Shown one piece after another: positions 19,395 to 28,534 of a DNA stretch of 64,000 nucleotides. Below the pieces are notes generated by a model, which saw only the letters and a list, made by a program, of their open reading frames with translations, ran no database searches and was not told where the DNA came from. The DNA is from a bacterium (GTDB taxonomy: Bacteria; J088; JAWLBW01), in assembly GCA_041690355.1 (NCBI GenBank), contig JAWLHK010000024.1:1-64000 (forward strand), given 5' to 3'. Both the position numbers and the translations under genes were made by a program. Position 1 is the first letter of the stretch. Each line of letters begins with the position of its first letter.

Positions 19395-20051
19395 ATGAAG
19401 AAATTCAACATTTCCAGTGAGATGGTTTTCAAGATCGAGCGCCTGTCGGTGACCGCGTTCGTCGTGCTCGCCTGCGCGGTCTCGTTTCTCTACGTCAATG
19501 ATCTGAACAGCGAGATCGCCCAGTCGGGGGGCCGCTTCACGCAGCTCCATACGTGGGTGGACAATTACATCCCCCTCCTCCCCGATTTCGTCTACTTCTA
19601 CTACCTCTACTACGTCTGGGTCGTGCTCACCGCCGTCGCCGTCACCGAACGCGACAGCTTCTACCACGCGGCGGCCGCCTTCGCCGTGCTGCAGACGTTA
19701 GCCATCAGTACCTTCATCATCTTCCCCTCGAAGATGAGCCGCCCTGAAATCGTCGGCGTCGGGTGGAGCGAAGATATGGTGCGCACGATTTACTCGCTCG
19801 ATGTCGGCTTCAACCTGCTGCCCAGCCTGCACGTAGGCCACTCGGTGCTCGTCGCCCTGGCCTTCTGGACGTACAAGCGCTCCTGGTTCCCCTTCGTGGC
19901 CCTGGGCACCTTCCTGATCACGCTGTCGACTGTGTTCATCAAACAGCACTACATCATCGACATCCCCTTCGGGCTGCTGTACGCGGTGGTCGCCTTCTAC
20001 GTCACGGTTCCGGTTTCTCAGTTCGTGCAGAGCTACCAGCAGCGCGCCTGA
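19395..20051 (+). CDS. PAP2-superfamily membrane protein (AUR1/IPC-synthase-like)
   Basis: About 6 TM, NLLPSLHV and KQHYIID motifs; TATAAT at 19357-19362. Confidence 0.85.
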   Translation: MKKFNISSEMVFKIERLSVTAFVVLACAVSFLYVNDLNSEIAQSGGRFTQLHTWVDNYIPLLPDFVYFYYLYYVWVVLTAVAVTERDSFYHAAAAFAVLQTLAISTFIIFPSKMSRPEIVGVGWSEDMVRTIYSLDVGFNLLPSLHVGHSVLVALAFWTYKRSWFPFVALGTFLITLSTVFIKQHYIIDIPFGLLYAVVAFYVTVPVSQFVQSYQQRA

Positions 20052-20097
20052 CGCCATTCGGGTACCGACGCGCGCCCGGGTCTGCTACGCTGGGAGC

Positions 20098-20892
20098 ATG
20101 CAGACGCACTCCCTCGCCCGTTCATGGGTTCTGGCAACGACCCTGGCGCTGGCGGCCTGTGCCGGCGGCCAACGCATGCCTTCCGACGCGCAGACTTCTG
20201 CCGGGCAGGCCCCCGCGTCCGATTCCGTCAATTCCTACGAAACGTTTGAAGACGCCCTGACGGTCATCGGCCGGGGCGACGTCCCGTCCATTCTCGGGCT
20301 GCGGCAGGAGCCGACCCGGCCCGAAACCGTCCAGTTTCTCAACGGCCTGTATGCGCGCTATGGACGTGTCCTGCGCATTCACGCCCTCGTCGCCAACGAT
20401 GTCGGCGACATTCACCGGGGCATCTTCATGGCCGCCCATCAGGGGGGGCCGTTTTTCTGGGAGCTGGAGAAAGCCGGCGACCGGTATACCGTCGTGCGGG
20501 GCACGACCGAGTCACCGCGCCTGCTCGAGGGCGTGACGCCGCCGGATGAGGCGGTCGCGGCCGCTCGGCGCTTCATCGACCGGATTTCGGCCGGCGAGAC
20601 CGAGGCCGCGTTCGAAGAGATCGTCTGCAACTGCATCCGGCGCGAAGACTTCGAGGCCCAGGCGCGCGGTCTGCGCGAACACGGGGGCGCCGAGCAGGAG
20701 CGCCGGCTGATCGGGGCCGAATCAGTACCCGGCCTCGAAGACCGGCTGGTTACCCTGCACTTCCTGAGCCGGCGTGCGAACGGGCCCCTCGGGTTTCACA
20801 TCGTGATGTGGCGGCCGGAGACGGAGTGGCGCGTGAATTCCGTCCAGTGGTCCCAAGACGACCTGATTCCCGCCCGACCGCTGCGCCCCTGA
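20098..20892 (+). CDS. Hypothetical lipoprotein
   Basis: Lipobox LAAC; two similar alpha/beta halves. Confidence 0.7.
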   Translation: MQTHSLARSWVLATTLALAACAGGQRMPSDAQTSAGQAPASDSVNSYETFEDALTVIGRGDVPSILGLRQEPTRPETVQFLNGLYARYGRVLRIHALVANDVGDIHRGIFMAAHQGGPFFWELEKAGDRYTVVRGTTESPRLLEGVTPPDEAVAAARRFIDRISAGETEAAFEEIVCNCIRREDFEAQARGLREHGGAEQERRLIGAESVPGLEDRLVTLHFLSRRANGPLGFHIVMWRPETEWRVNSVQWSQDDLIPARPLRP

Positions 20893-20894
20893 GG

Positions 20895-21100
20895 CAGTCG
20901 GCGGTCACCAGTCAGCAGTCACCAGTCGACAGTTAGCAGTCACGAGTCGACAGTCACGAGTCGACAGTCACCAGTCGAACTTGCACCAGTCGACAGGCGG
21001 AAGTCACCGGTCGACTGCCGGCCACCGAGGGTATCGGTGGCCCGCCGCCGGGCAGCTCGCCCGCATGATTCCGCCCAGCGCCCAGCGACCAGCTACCGGC
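20895..21100. repeat. Period-7 arrays between convergent genes
   Basis: About 12 units of CAGTC(AC/AG/GA)/GAGTCGA (20895-21012); CCCAGCG x2 + ACCAGCT (21074-21094). Confidence 0.9.
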
Positions 21101-21107
21101 CCCTGCC

Positions 21108-23525
21108 TCACTGCGCGATGATGTTGAACTCGACGCGGCGGTTCTTCTCGCGGCCTTCTTCAGTGTCGTTGGGCGCGATGGGACGCTCTTCGCCGTAGCC
21201 CTGGGCCTTCAGGCGTTCAGACTCGATACCGCGGGCGGCCAGGTAGTCCTTGACCGCCTGGGCCCGCTGCTGGCTGAGCTTCAGGTTGTACGCGTCGGCC
21301 CCCGAGCTGTCGGTGTGGCCTTCGATGACGACCTGCATCGAGGGGCTGTCCTTGATGGCCTGCGCGATTTCGTCGAGCAGCGGATACGAGTCGAAGAGAA
21401 TCGTGGCCTTGCCCGTAGCGAAGCGGATTTTCTCTTTGATCTCGATGTTTTCCTTCGTGATCTGAATCTTATCGAAGCCCTGCAGCTCGAAGCGCACATC
21501 GGTGGTCTGGCCGTTGGCGATGCGCACCTGCTTGGTATCGGCCTTGTAGTTGGGCGCGGCGGCCTTCACGGCGTACTCGCCCGCCGGCAGCTTCTGCACG
21601 AAGGCGCCCGATTCCGGATCGGCCACGATGTTCGAGAACTCGCCGTTCGGCGACGAGATGACCGCGTAGACCCCCTGGCCGGTCTTGGCGTCGACGACCA
21701 CGCCGCGCAGCGTGCCGGCGGTGACGACGGGGTTCAGCACGAAGTTGGCCAGCGTCGTGCGTCCGCTCACGATTGCGATGTTCGTGACGGCCGGTTCGTA
21801 GCCCTGGGCCATGGCCTTGACCTGATAGGTACCCGGCTCGACCTTGTCTTCGAACTGACCGGTTTCGGGGTTGGCCGCGATCGGACGCACCTTCGGATTG
21901 TTAAAGCTGATGACGCCCGCCACCGGACGTCCGTCGCGCGTTTCGAGCTTGCCCATGAGCGTGCCGAAACGCTGAATCGGCTCGAGGCGGAAGTTGACGC
22001 GGGTCGTGCGCTTGTCGACGACGCGGATGCGCTTGGTCTGCGGGTTGAAGCCGTTCGCCACGACCTTGACGGTGTATGTATCGGGCGTCATGCGCGCTTC
22101 GAATTTGCCCGAGAGCGGGTCGGTCGCCACGTTGGGCAGGTTCGTCCCCTCGAACGAGAGCGAGGCGAGCACCGGCTTGTTCTTGTCGTCGACGACGACG
22201 CCGGTGAAGACCCCGACCTTCTCGATCGGTTCGAGCTTGAAGTTGATGGCCACCTCGCGGCCCGCCTGAATCGCGACGGCCCCCTGCGCCGGCTTGTAGT
22301 TTTCCTTGCGCGCGCTCACGGTCACGTCGCCGAGGGGGAAGGCGTAACTCGTGAAGCGGCCCTGGCTGTCGGTGATCAGATCGGTCACGTTCTGACCGGG
22401 AAAGGAGACGATCGTGTCGGCCAGCGGGAGGCCGGTCTTGGCGTCGAAGACCAGGCCGCGGATCTTGCCCTCTTTGGGGGCCGGCGGCGGCGGCGGCGTG
22501 AAGTTGTAGGCGATGCCCAGGTTCGCCGTCCAGTCGGGCATGATCTCTTCGCGCGTATCGGTCAGGCTCTGTTCGGGCACGACGCCGTCGGTCATGCCGA
22601 GCAGTCCGGCCCCGAGGTCGGCGTACAGATCGATGACCAGGCCGCCGACCGGAAAGAAGCGCAGGCCCGGGGTCAGCCGCTGCGGGCTCGTGTTCCAGCG
22701 CCGCTTCTCGCCGATGTAGTAGCCGTTCAGGTCCGAGTACTGCTCGGTCGTGTACTCGAGGATGATCGAAAGGAAGTTCTGCGGAATTTCAATGCCGAGG
22801 CCGCCGACCCAGACGTCGTCGTCGGGAGGGATGCCGAGGGCGAACATCTGATGTTCCGAACCACCCGACGTCTCGAGCACGTTGCCCGCATTGTCGCGGA
22901 AGTAGCCGGCGTTCAGGAGAATGCGCAGCGGAAACGGATCGGGCAACACGGTGAAGTCGAACGTCGGCAGCGTGCGAATCCCGAAGGAGGTTGCACTGAA
23001 CTCCGGCCCGATGTTCCCCTGTTTCGTGTTGAAGCGCAGCCAGAGGTCGCCGCCGAGAAAAAAGAACTCGTTCGTCTCGAAGCCGAACTTGGTACCGATC
23101 TGCAGGTCGCCGTTGGCCTGCACCAGGGTCGGCCGTCCCATGATCAGTTCGTCGCGGTACTGGTGCGAAGTCGTCAACCCCGCGATGTAGAGCTCCATCC
23201 AGTCGGCGGTCGAAATCGTGATGTTGCCGTACGTCTCAAGGTGGCGGTGAAAGAAGTTCGGCGCCAGAAAATCGTTCTGCTGCCAGTACTGCATCCCGGT
23301 GCCGACCGCGAAGCCCCCCTGGTCTGGCGTGTAGCCGGAGACGAGGCGAAAGAGCCCGGTGCCGCCGTTGCGCGTGACCGAGAGGCGGGGGGGAACCTTT
23401 TTCTCTTCGGGCGCACCCGGTCGGGGCGCGGGTGCGTTCTGAGCCGGGGCCGGCGCCGGAGCAACGAGGCCCGCAGCCAGAGACAGGATCAGAGAGAAGA
23501 GGAAGAAGTACCGGGTGACGCGCAT
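21108..23525 (-). CDS. OmpA-family protein: putative N-terminal beta-barrel, four carboxypeptidase-regulatory-like repeats, C-terminal OmpA domain
   Basis: Signal peptide; TPPPPPAP linker; four ~83-aa repeats G.V.D...G.F...Y.V.A...Y...F.L; IEGHTDS...YNLKLSQQRA...NRRVEF. Confidence 0.9.
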   Translation of the reverse strand: MRVTRYFFLFSLILSLAAGLVAPAPAPAQNAPAPRPGAPEEKKVPPRLSVTRNGGTGLFRLVSGYTPDQGGFAVGTGMQYWQQNDFLAPNFFHRHLETYGNITISTADWMELYIAGLTTSHQYRDELIMGRPTLVQANGDLQIGTKFGFETNEFFFLGGDLWLRFNTKQGNIGPEFSATSFGIRTLPTFDFTVLPDPFPLRILLNAGYFRDNAGNVLETSGGSEHQMFALGIPPDDDVWVGGLGIEIPQNFLSIILEYTTEQYSDLNGYYIGEKRRWNTSPQRLTPGLRFFPVGGLVIDLYADLGAGLLGMTDGVVPEQSLTDTREEIMPDWTANLGIAYNFTPPPPPAPKEGKIRGLVFDAKTGLPLADTIVSFPGQNVTDLITDSQGRFTSYAFPLGDVTVSARKENYKPAQGAVAIQAGREVAINFKLEPIEKVGVFTGVVVDDKNKPVLASLSFEGTNLPNVATDPLSGKFEARMTPDTYTVKVVANGFNPQTKRIRVVDKRTTRVNFRLEPIQRFGTLMGKLETRDGRPVAGVISFNNPKVRPIAANPETGQFEDKVEPGTYQVKAMAQGYEPAVTNIAIVSGRTTLANFVLNPVVTAGTLRGVVVDAKTGQGVYAVISSPNGEFSNIVADPESGAFVQKLPAGEYAVKAAAPNYKADTKQVRIANGQTTDVRFELQGFDKIQITKENIEIKEKIRFATGKATILFDSYPLLDEIAQAIKDSPSMQVVIEGHTDSSGADAYNLKLSQQRAQAVKDYLAARGIESERLKAQGYGEERPIAPNDTEEGREKNRRVEFNIIAQ

Positions 23526-23590
23526 GACTGGCTCCTACCTTGTCGGCACACCTGTAGTAAGGGGGTCTGCCGGCCGGAAAGGTTTTCCAT

Positions 23591-23619
23591 ATTAAACCGG
23601 ACCCCACAGGGTGTGTCAA
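23591..23619 (-). promoter_or_regulatory. Putative sigma70 promoter of OmpA-family gene
   Basis: TTGACA-N17-TTTAAT on minus strand. Confidence 0.6.
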
Positions 23620-23759
23620 GAAAAAACCAGAGCAAGCATGGGCAGTTACGGCGTGATCGTGCTCACGCCGAGCCGAATCGGCAAGAGTGCCGGAACCGGG
23701 CAAGAGACGGGAGAAAGCGGGGGGGGCCTCAACGCGGCCCACGGGGAGAATGGCGCGCG

Positions 23760-24941
23760 CTATTCGACGCGCCAGTAAACGGTGCGCACCTCGTTCGAGC
23801 CCCGGCGGCGCTGCAGGACGGCCGTGGCGGTATATTCGAGGTCGCCGACCAGCGCCGACGAGGTCACCGAGTAGAGGTCGCTGCGGATGTCGATCTTGCC
23901 GAGAATGCGCTTGAAGAGATCGCCCGTGCCGTAGGCCGAGAGCACCTGCTGCACCTCGCTCATGGAGCGAAACGGTTCGGCGCTGCGCTCGTCAACGATG
24001 GCCTGGGCCGCCTCGAGGGTCATCTCGGGGTCGAGAAACTGGAGCGCTTCGACGCCGGCCGTGTTGACGTTCATCTTGGCCAGGCCCGCCCCCTCGCGCG
24101 GATAGACCGTCACGTGGGGCGCAATGGCCGTCCAGGCCTCCATGCCGATGCCGTCGATGAGCCGCAGCTCCGAGGGGCTGAAGATGGGGGCGTTGCGGGC
24201 CATGAAGCCCGGGTTGAGCTGCTGGTAGTAGCTGCTCTCGGCGCCGCCGGTCGACGCGTTGTCGTCGGCATCGATCCAGTCGACCAGCTTCGGCACGAGC
24301 TCCTGCGCAACCTGCTCTTCGAGCCCGCAGGCGATGAAGAAGTTCACGAACTGCTGCGCCAGGGGACTCTGCGGGTCGAGGCCGCGGGGAATGTCGAGCT
24401 TGTTCAGGTTGACCTTGCCCGATTCATCGCGGATGAGCAGCTTGACGGCCGCCCCCGTGTCGCCGAGCGGCAGGGCCGGCGTCTGCGGATTCATGAGCGC
24501 CCAGACCTCGTCCATGGCACCGCCGTTCTGCATGCCCATGGCCATCATGTCCGAGAGGCCGCCCATGCCGCCCGCGGCGTCCTGCCCGCCGGCCTCCTCC
24601 TCTGCCGCCATCTCGTAGGCGTAGTAATCGATGAACGCGCCGTTGGCCTGATCGCGTTCGAGGTCTGAAGCGAGCAGCACCTTGGCCGCCTCGACACCGA
24701 CCTCGGCGAAGTAGCGCCCCTGCTGCGAAAGGCGGTGGTTGGTCATCATCGACATTTCGACGCGCGTGTTGTAGGCGAACTCGACGATGAGCGTCAGCAT
24801 GAGCACCATGGCCATGAGCGTGACGATCAGGGCGGCGCCGCGCTCGTTGCCGACCACGCTCCCGCCCCGCACGCCTCGCGCCAGGCGCCCGCGCAGAACA
24901 GCCATCGCGTGTCCGGCGGATTTCTGCTGCGGCGCGCTCAC
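23760..24941 (-). CDS. gspK: T2SS minor pseudopilin GspK
   Basis: RGAALIVTL prepilin-type start, DESGKVNLN, DWIDAD, ELRLIDGI, NVNTA. Confidence 0.93.
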   Translation of the reverse strand: MSAPQQKSAGHAMAVLRGRLARGVRGGSVVGNERGAALIVTLMAMVLMLTLIVEFAYNTRVEMSMMTNHRLSQQGRYFAEVGVEAAKVLLASDLERDQANGAFIDYYAYEMAAEEEAGGQDAAGGMGGLSDMMAMGMQNGGAMDEVWALMNPQTPALPLGDTGAAVKLLIRDESGKVNLNKLDIPRGLDPQSPLAQQFVNFFIACGLEEQVAQELVPKLVDWIDADDNASTGGAESSYYQQLNPGFMARNAPIFSPSELRLIDGIGMEAWTAIAPHVTVYPREGAGLAKMNVNTAGVEALQFLDPEMTLEAAQAIVDERSAEPFRSMSEVQQVLSAYGTGDLFKRILGKIDIRSDLYSVTSSALVGDLEYTATAVLQRRRGSNEVRTVYWRVE

Positions 24942-25831
24942 GGGTTGCCCCCCTGCTGATTCACGCGGATGCGGCTGCCGTCGGGCATGTTGACCGGGGC
25001 GCCGAGCATGTTGCGCAGCTGCTGCCCGCGCAGGTCCTGCTGCCCCTCGCCGCCGTTCGTATCCTTCGGCGGCTCGACCTCGTTGAGCAGGGTCGGAGCA
25101 AAGAGCGGCATGCGCACGATCTTGCTGAAGAGCAACGGCTTCTTCGGGTTGTCTTCGTCATCGACCCAGAGCGTGACCTCGATGGCGGCCGGCATGACGT
25201 GATTCTGCTGGCGGCTGTCCCAGGTATCGTTCCAGTACTTGTTCTTGGCGTCGAGGAAGCGGAAGTTGAGGCCCCGAATTCCCTCGAGCAGCGGATAGAT
25301 GTCGCCGCCGCCGCCCGGATCGTCATCGAGCGTGAAGTCGTTGCGATACATCAGATCGGTGCGCTCGGCCCTGTAATCGGTTTCGGTAAAGTATCCCACT
25401 TCCATGTGATCACTCTGGCGATCGTCGTCCCCTTCGGCCGCGATGATGTAGTGCGCGACCGTCGTGAAATCGACGCGGTCGCGGGGAAACCCTTCGGAGT
25501 CGCCGTTGATGCCGAGAAAGATCGTGCGGGTGCCCTCGGCCCCTTCGATCTGCCCCGTACCGCCCGCCGTCGCGGTGCCCCCTCGGCCCTGGGCCGCGGT
25601 CGTGTTCTGCACCTGGGTCGCGTCCAGATAGGCCGACTGCAGCTCCATCTCCATGCGCTGCAGGGCGATGCGCGCGGCCTGGTAGCGTTCGGCCTTGCGC
25701 TCGACCCGCTGCTTGGTCTCGACCGACATCACGAAGCTCTCGTACACGAAGGTCAGCACCATCCCCAGCATGAGGAGCGCCACCGCGACCTCGATGAGCG
25801 TGAAGCCGCTAGATGATCTTCTGGGTGACAT
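24938..25831 (-). CDS. gspJ: T2SS minor pseudopilin GspJ
   Basis: GFTLIEV N-methylation motif, W...WDS...P.AIEV, operon position. Confidence 0.88.
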   Translation of the reverse strand: MSPRRSSSGFTLIEVAVALLMLGMVLTFVYESFVMSVETKQRVERKAERYQAARIALQRMEMELQSAYLDATQVQNTTAAQGRGGTATAGGTGQIEGAEGTRTIFLGINGDSEGFPRDRVDFTTVAHYIIAAEGDDDRQSDHMEVGYFTETDYRAERTDLMYRNDFTLDDDPGGGGDIYPLLEGIRGLNFRFLDAKNKYWNDTWDSRQQNHVMPAAIEVTLWVDDEDNPKKPLLFSKIVRMPLFAPTLLNEVEPPKDTNGGEGQQDLRGQQLRNMLGAPVNMPDGSRIRVNQQGGNP

Positions 25832-26285
25832 AGTGCCTGAGCTGATAGGTGCGCCGCTGACTGCCGTCGCGCCACGATACCTCGACGAGAATCGACTTGA
25901 TGGTCATGCCCTGCGGCAGCAGCATGACGATGGGGAGCACGGCCGGATCGACGTCGTCGAGCACGGCCTCGACCTCGTAGTCGGGGTACTCGCGCGTCAA
26001 CTCCTCATTGACCTCGAGCACCTGATCGAACCCCTGGGCGCGCAGGATCATGCGCTCCATCGTGTCTTCGGCGATCATCGAGGCCACCGTGAGCCGGCGG
26101 ATGCGATCGTGCGCCGCCACGCTCTGGCGCTGCAGCGCGAGCAGGGACACGAAGGCGGTCGACAGCAGGGCGACCGAGACCATGACCTCGATGAGCGTGA
26201 ACCCGGCCCGCCGGCGCAGGCGTACGCGGATTTGCGCCGGGCGCTCCTGCGCTTCCCGACGCGGCGATGTCGCGGTACGGTTCAT
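25809..26285 (-). CDS. gspI: T2SS minor pseudopilin GspI
   Basis: GFTLIEVMVSV motif, VEVSW, operon position. Confidence 0.85.
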   Translation of the reverse strand: MNRTATSPRREAQERPAQIRVRLRRRAGFTLIEVMVSVALLSTAFVSLLALQRQSVAAHDRIRRLTVASMIAEDTMERMILRAQGFDQVLEVNEELTREYPDYEVEAVLDDVDPAVLPIVMLLPQGMTIKSILVEVSWRDGSQRRTYQLRHYVTQKII

Positions 26286-26287
26286 GG

Positions 26288-26833
26288 TCAGGCCTTACGC
26301 GTGATCTCGACATGCCCCGGCAGGATTTTCACCGTGCCGGTGACAGGCTGAATGAACAGCGTGAACTTGTTCTTGTTGTGATCTTCGATGTGGATCGTCG
26401 TCGGCTCGACGAAGCCGTGGGGGAAAAAGCGGACCACGACGACGCCGTCGGAGCGCTTGCCGAGCCGCGGGCTCTGCACGTCGGTGATGCGCACCGTGGC
26501 CGGGAAGCTGCTGCGCTCCTTGACGAACGTATCCTGGACCTTCACGTTCTCGACGGTGGCCCCGTCGACCTGCGGCGTCTCGACCCAGTACTCGCCCTTC
26601 TCGATGTCGATGTTGAGAAGAAAGGCTTTCTTGCGGAAGACCGACTCGTTGTAGAGATAGCGCACCGTCCCCTGAAAGCGGCGCATCGCTCCCTTGGCCC
26701 GCACCTCTCCCAGATCCATGAGGCGCGGCGTAACGATGGCGACGGAGATGCTCAGGATGAGCACCACCATCGTCAGCTCGATAAGGGTGAACCCCTTATT
26801 CTTTTTCAGAAGACCAGTTCGTGATATCCGCAT
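26288..26833 (-). CDS. gspH: T2SS minor pseudopilin GspH
   Basis: GFTLIEL motif, RFFPHG, TG.VKI; ATG 26833 overlaps the gspG 3' end. Confidence 0.85.
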   Translation of the reverse strand: MRISRTGLLKKNKGFTLIELTMVVLILSISVAIVTPRLMDLGEVRAKGAMRRFQGTVRYLYNESVFRKKAFLLNIDIEKGEYWVETPQVDGATVENVKVQDTFVKERSSFPATVRITDVQSPRLGKRSDGVVVVRFFPHGFVEPTTIHIEDHNKNKFTLFIQPVTGTVKILPGHVEITRKA

Positions 26834-27224
26834 TCTTGGCCGTGCCGCCCGGTTCACCGTCGGCGCCGTAGCTGATCACGTCGAACTCGCCGTGCGAGCC
26901 GGGCGACAGGTACACATAAGGCTTGTTCCACGGATCCTGCTTCATGCCCCCCTTGATGTAGGGGCCCGAGCCGTCCTGGCCCGCCTCGGTCAGCGCCTTC
27001 AGACCCATCTGGGTCGTCGGATACGTGCCATGATCGAGTTTGTACAGCTCGAGCGCGCTTTCAATCGCCTTGATGTCGGCCTTCGCCTTGACGCGCTTGG
27101 CCTTGTCGGCGTTGTCGAGCAGGTTGACGGTCACCAGGGTGGCCAGCAGCCCCATGATGACGACGACGACCATGATCTCGATCAGGGTGAACCCGCGTTG
27201 ATCCCGCTTTTTTTCCGCACTCAT
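26796..27224 (-). CDS. gspG: T2SS major pseudopilin GspG
   Basis: RGFTLIEIMVVVVI, ALELYKLD.G.YPTT..GL.AL, DPW..PY.Y.SPG, SYGADG. Confidence 0.97.
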   Translation of the reverse strand: MSAEKKRDQRGFTLIEIMVVVVIMGLLATLVTVNLLDNADKAKRVKAKADIKAIESALELYKLDHGTYPTTQMGLKALTEAGQDGSGPYIKGGMKQDPWNKPYVYLSPGSHGEFDVISYGADGEPGGTAKNADITNWSSEKE

Positions 27225-27289
27225 GTCAACTCCCGAAAAATTGGGTCTGGCAGGCCGGCCGCCTTCCGGCGATCCGCCTGCGGTAAACG

Positions 27290-28531
27290 TCATCCGCCCA
27301 CCAGCTGGTTCATCTGGAACAGCGGCAGCAGAATGGAAATCATGATGAAAAAGACGATGCCGGCCATGACGATGATCATCACAGGCTCGAGCATGGCGGT
27401 CAGGCCGGTGATAACCGACTCGACTTCGTTGTCGTAGGCCTCGGCGACCTTGAGCAGCATGCCCTCGAGTTCGCCGGACTTTTCGCCGATCGCCACCATG
27501 TGGATGACGATGGGGGGAAACACGCCGCTGCGCTTGAGCGGCTCGGCGATCGAGGCACCTTCGGAGATGCTCTCGCGCGCCTGCGTGATGGCGTCTTCGA
27601 TGATCCGGTTGCCGACGATGTTGCGCACGATGTCGAGGCTCATGAGCACGTTGACGCCGCTCGCCAGCAGCGTCGACAGCGTGCGCGTGAAGCGGCTGAT
27701 GGCGACCATGCGCACGAGCCGGCCGAACAGCGGCGCTCGCAGCGAGAAGGCATCGAACCGGTGGCGTCCCTTTTCGGTCGACACCCAGCGCCTGAATCCC
27801 CAGACAGAAAACCCCATCATCCCCAGCACGCCCCACCAGTAGTTGCTCACGAAGCTAGACACCTGGATGAGAATCTCGGTGTAGATCGGCAACGCCTGGT
27901 TGGTCTCTTCGAAAATCGACGTAATCTTGGGGATGACGAAGACGAAGAGCACGCCGATGACCCCCATCATGAGAAACATCATGATGACCGGATAGGTCAT
28001 GGCGGCCGCGATCTTGTTGCGCAGCTTCACCTGGCTCTCGGTGTAGTCGGCGAGCCGCTGCAGCACGATTTCGAGCGTGCCCGAGCTTTCGCCGGCGCGA
28101 ATCATGTTCACGTACAGATCCGAGAACACGCGCGAAGACTGGCGCAGGGCGTCGGCCAGGCTCGCCCCCTCGTTGACCCGGTCCTTGACGTTAGACACGA
28201 TGCGCTTGAGACGCATGTTGTCGATCTGTTCGATGAGCGCGTTCAGACTCTCCATGAGCGGGAGCCCGGCGCCGAGCAGCGTCGAGAGCTGGCGGGTCAT
28301 GACGGCGATGTCGCCGGGGGCCACGCGCGTGAAGGCGTTGCGCAGGTCGACCTGACCCAGCGAGAACGAGCGTCCTTCCTTGACGGCTTCGCTGTGCCCC
28401 TCGATCACGTCGGTGGCAAACAGCCCCTGCTTGCGCAGCTTCGCCCGGGCCGCCTTCAGATTTTCGGCGTCGATGACCCCCTTCAGGCTCTTGCCCGCCG
28501 GGGTCATGGCGCGGTATTCGAAAAGCGGCAC
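27290..28531 (-). CDS. gspF: T2SS inner-membrane platform protein GspF
   Basis: TRQLSTLL.AG, AGESSGTL, AMTYP, GEKSGELE. Confidence 0.96.
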   Translation of the reverse strand: MPLFEYRAMTPAGKSLKGVIDAENLKAARAKLRKQGLFATDVIEGHSEAVKEGRSFSLGQVDLRNAFTRVAPGDIAVMTRQLSTLLGAGLPLMESLNALIEQIDNMRLKRIVSNVKDRVNEGASLADALRQSSRVFSDLYVNMIRAGESSGTLEIVLQRLADYTESQVKLRNKIAAAMTYPVIMMFLMMGVIGVLFVFVIPKITSIFEETNQALPIYTEILIQVSSFVSNYWWGVLGMMGFSVWGFRRWVSTEKGRHRFDAFSLRAPLFGRLVRMVAISRFTRTLSTLLASGVNVLMSLDIVRNIVGNRIIEDAITQARESISEGASIAEPLKRSGVFPPIVIHMVAIGEKSGELEGMLLKVAEAYDNEVESVITGLTAMLEPVMIIVMAGIVFFIMISILLPLFQMNQLVGG

Positions 28532-28534
28532 CGG

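Noticed and set aside
20895-21012. Repeat tract as possible CRISPR array
   Set aside because: Units are 7 bp with no unique spacers and no cas genes in the window
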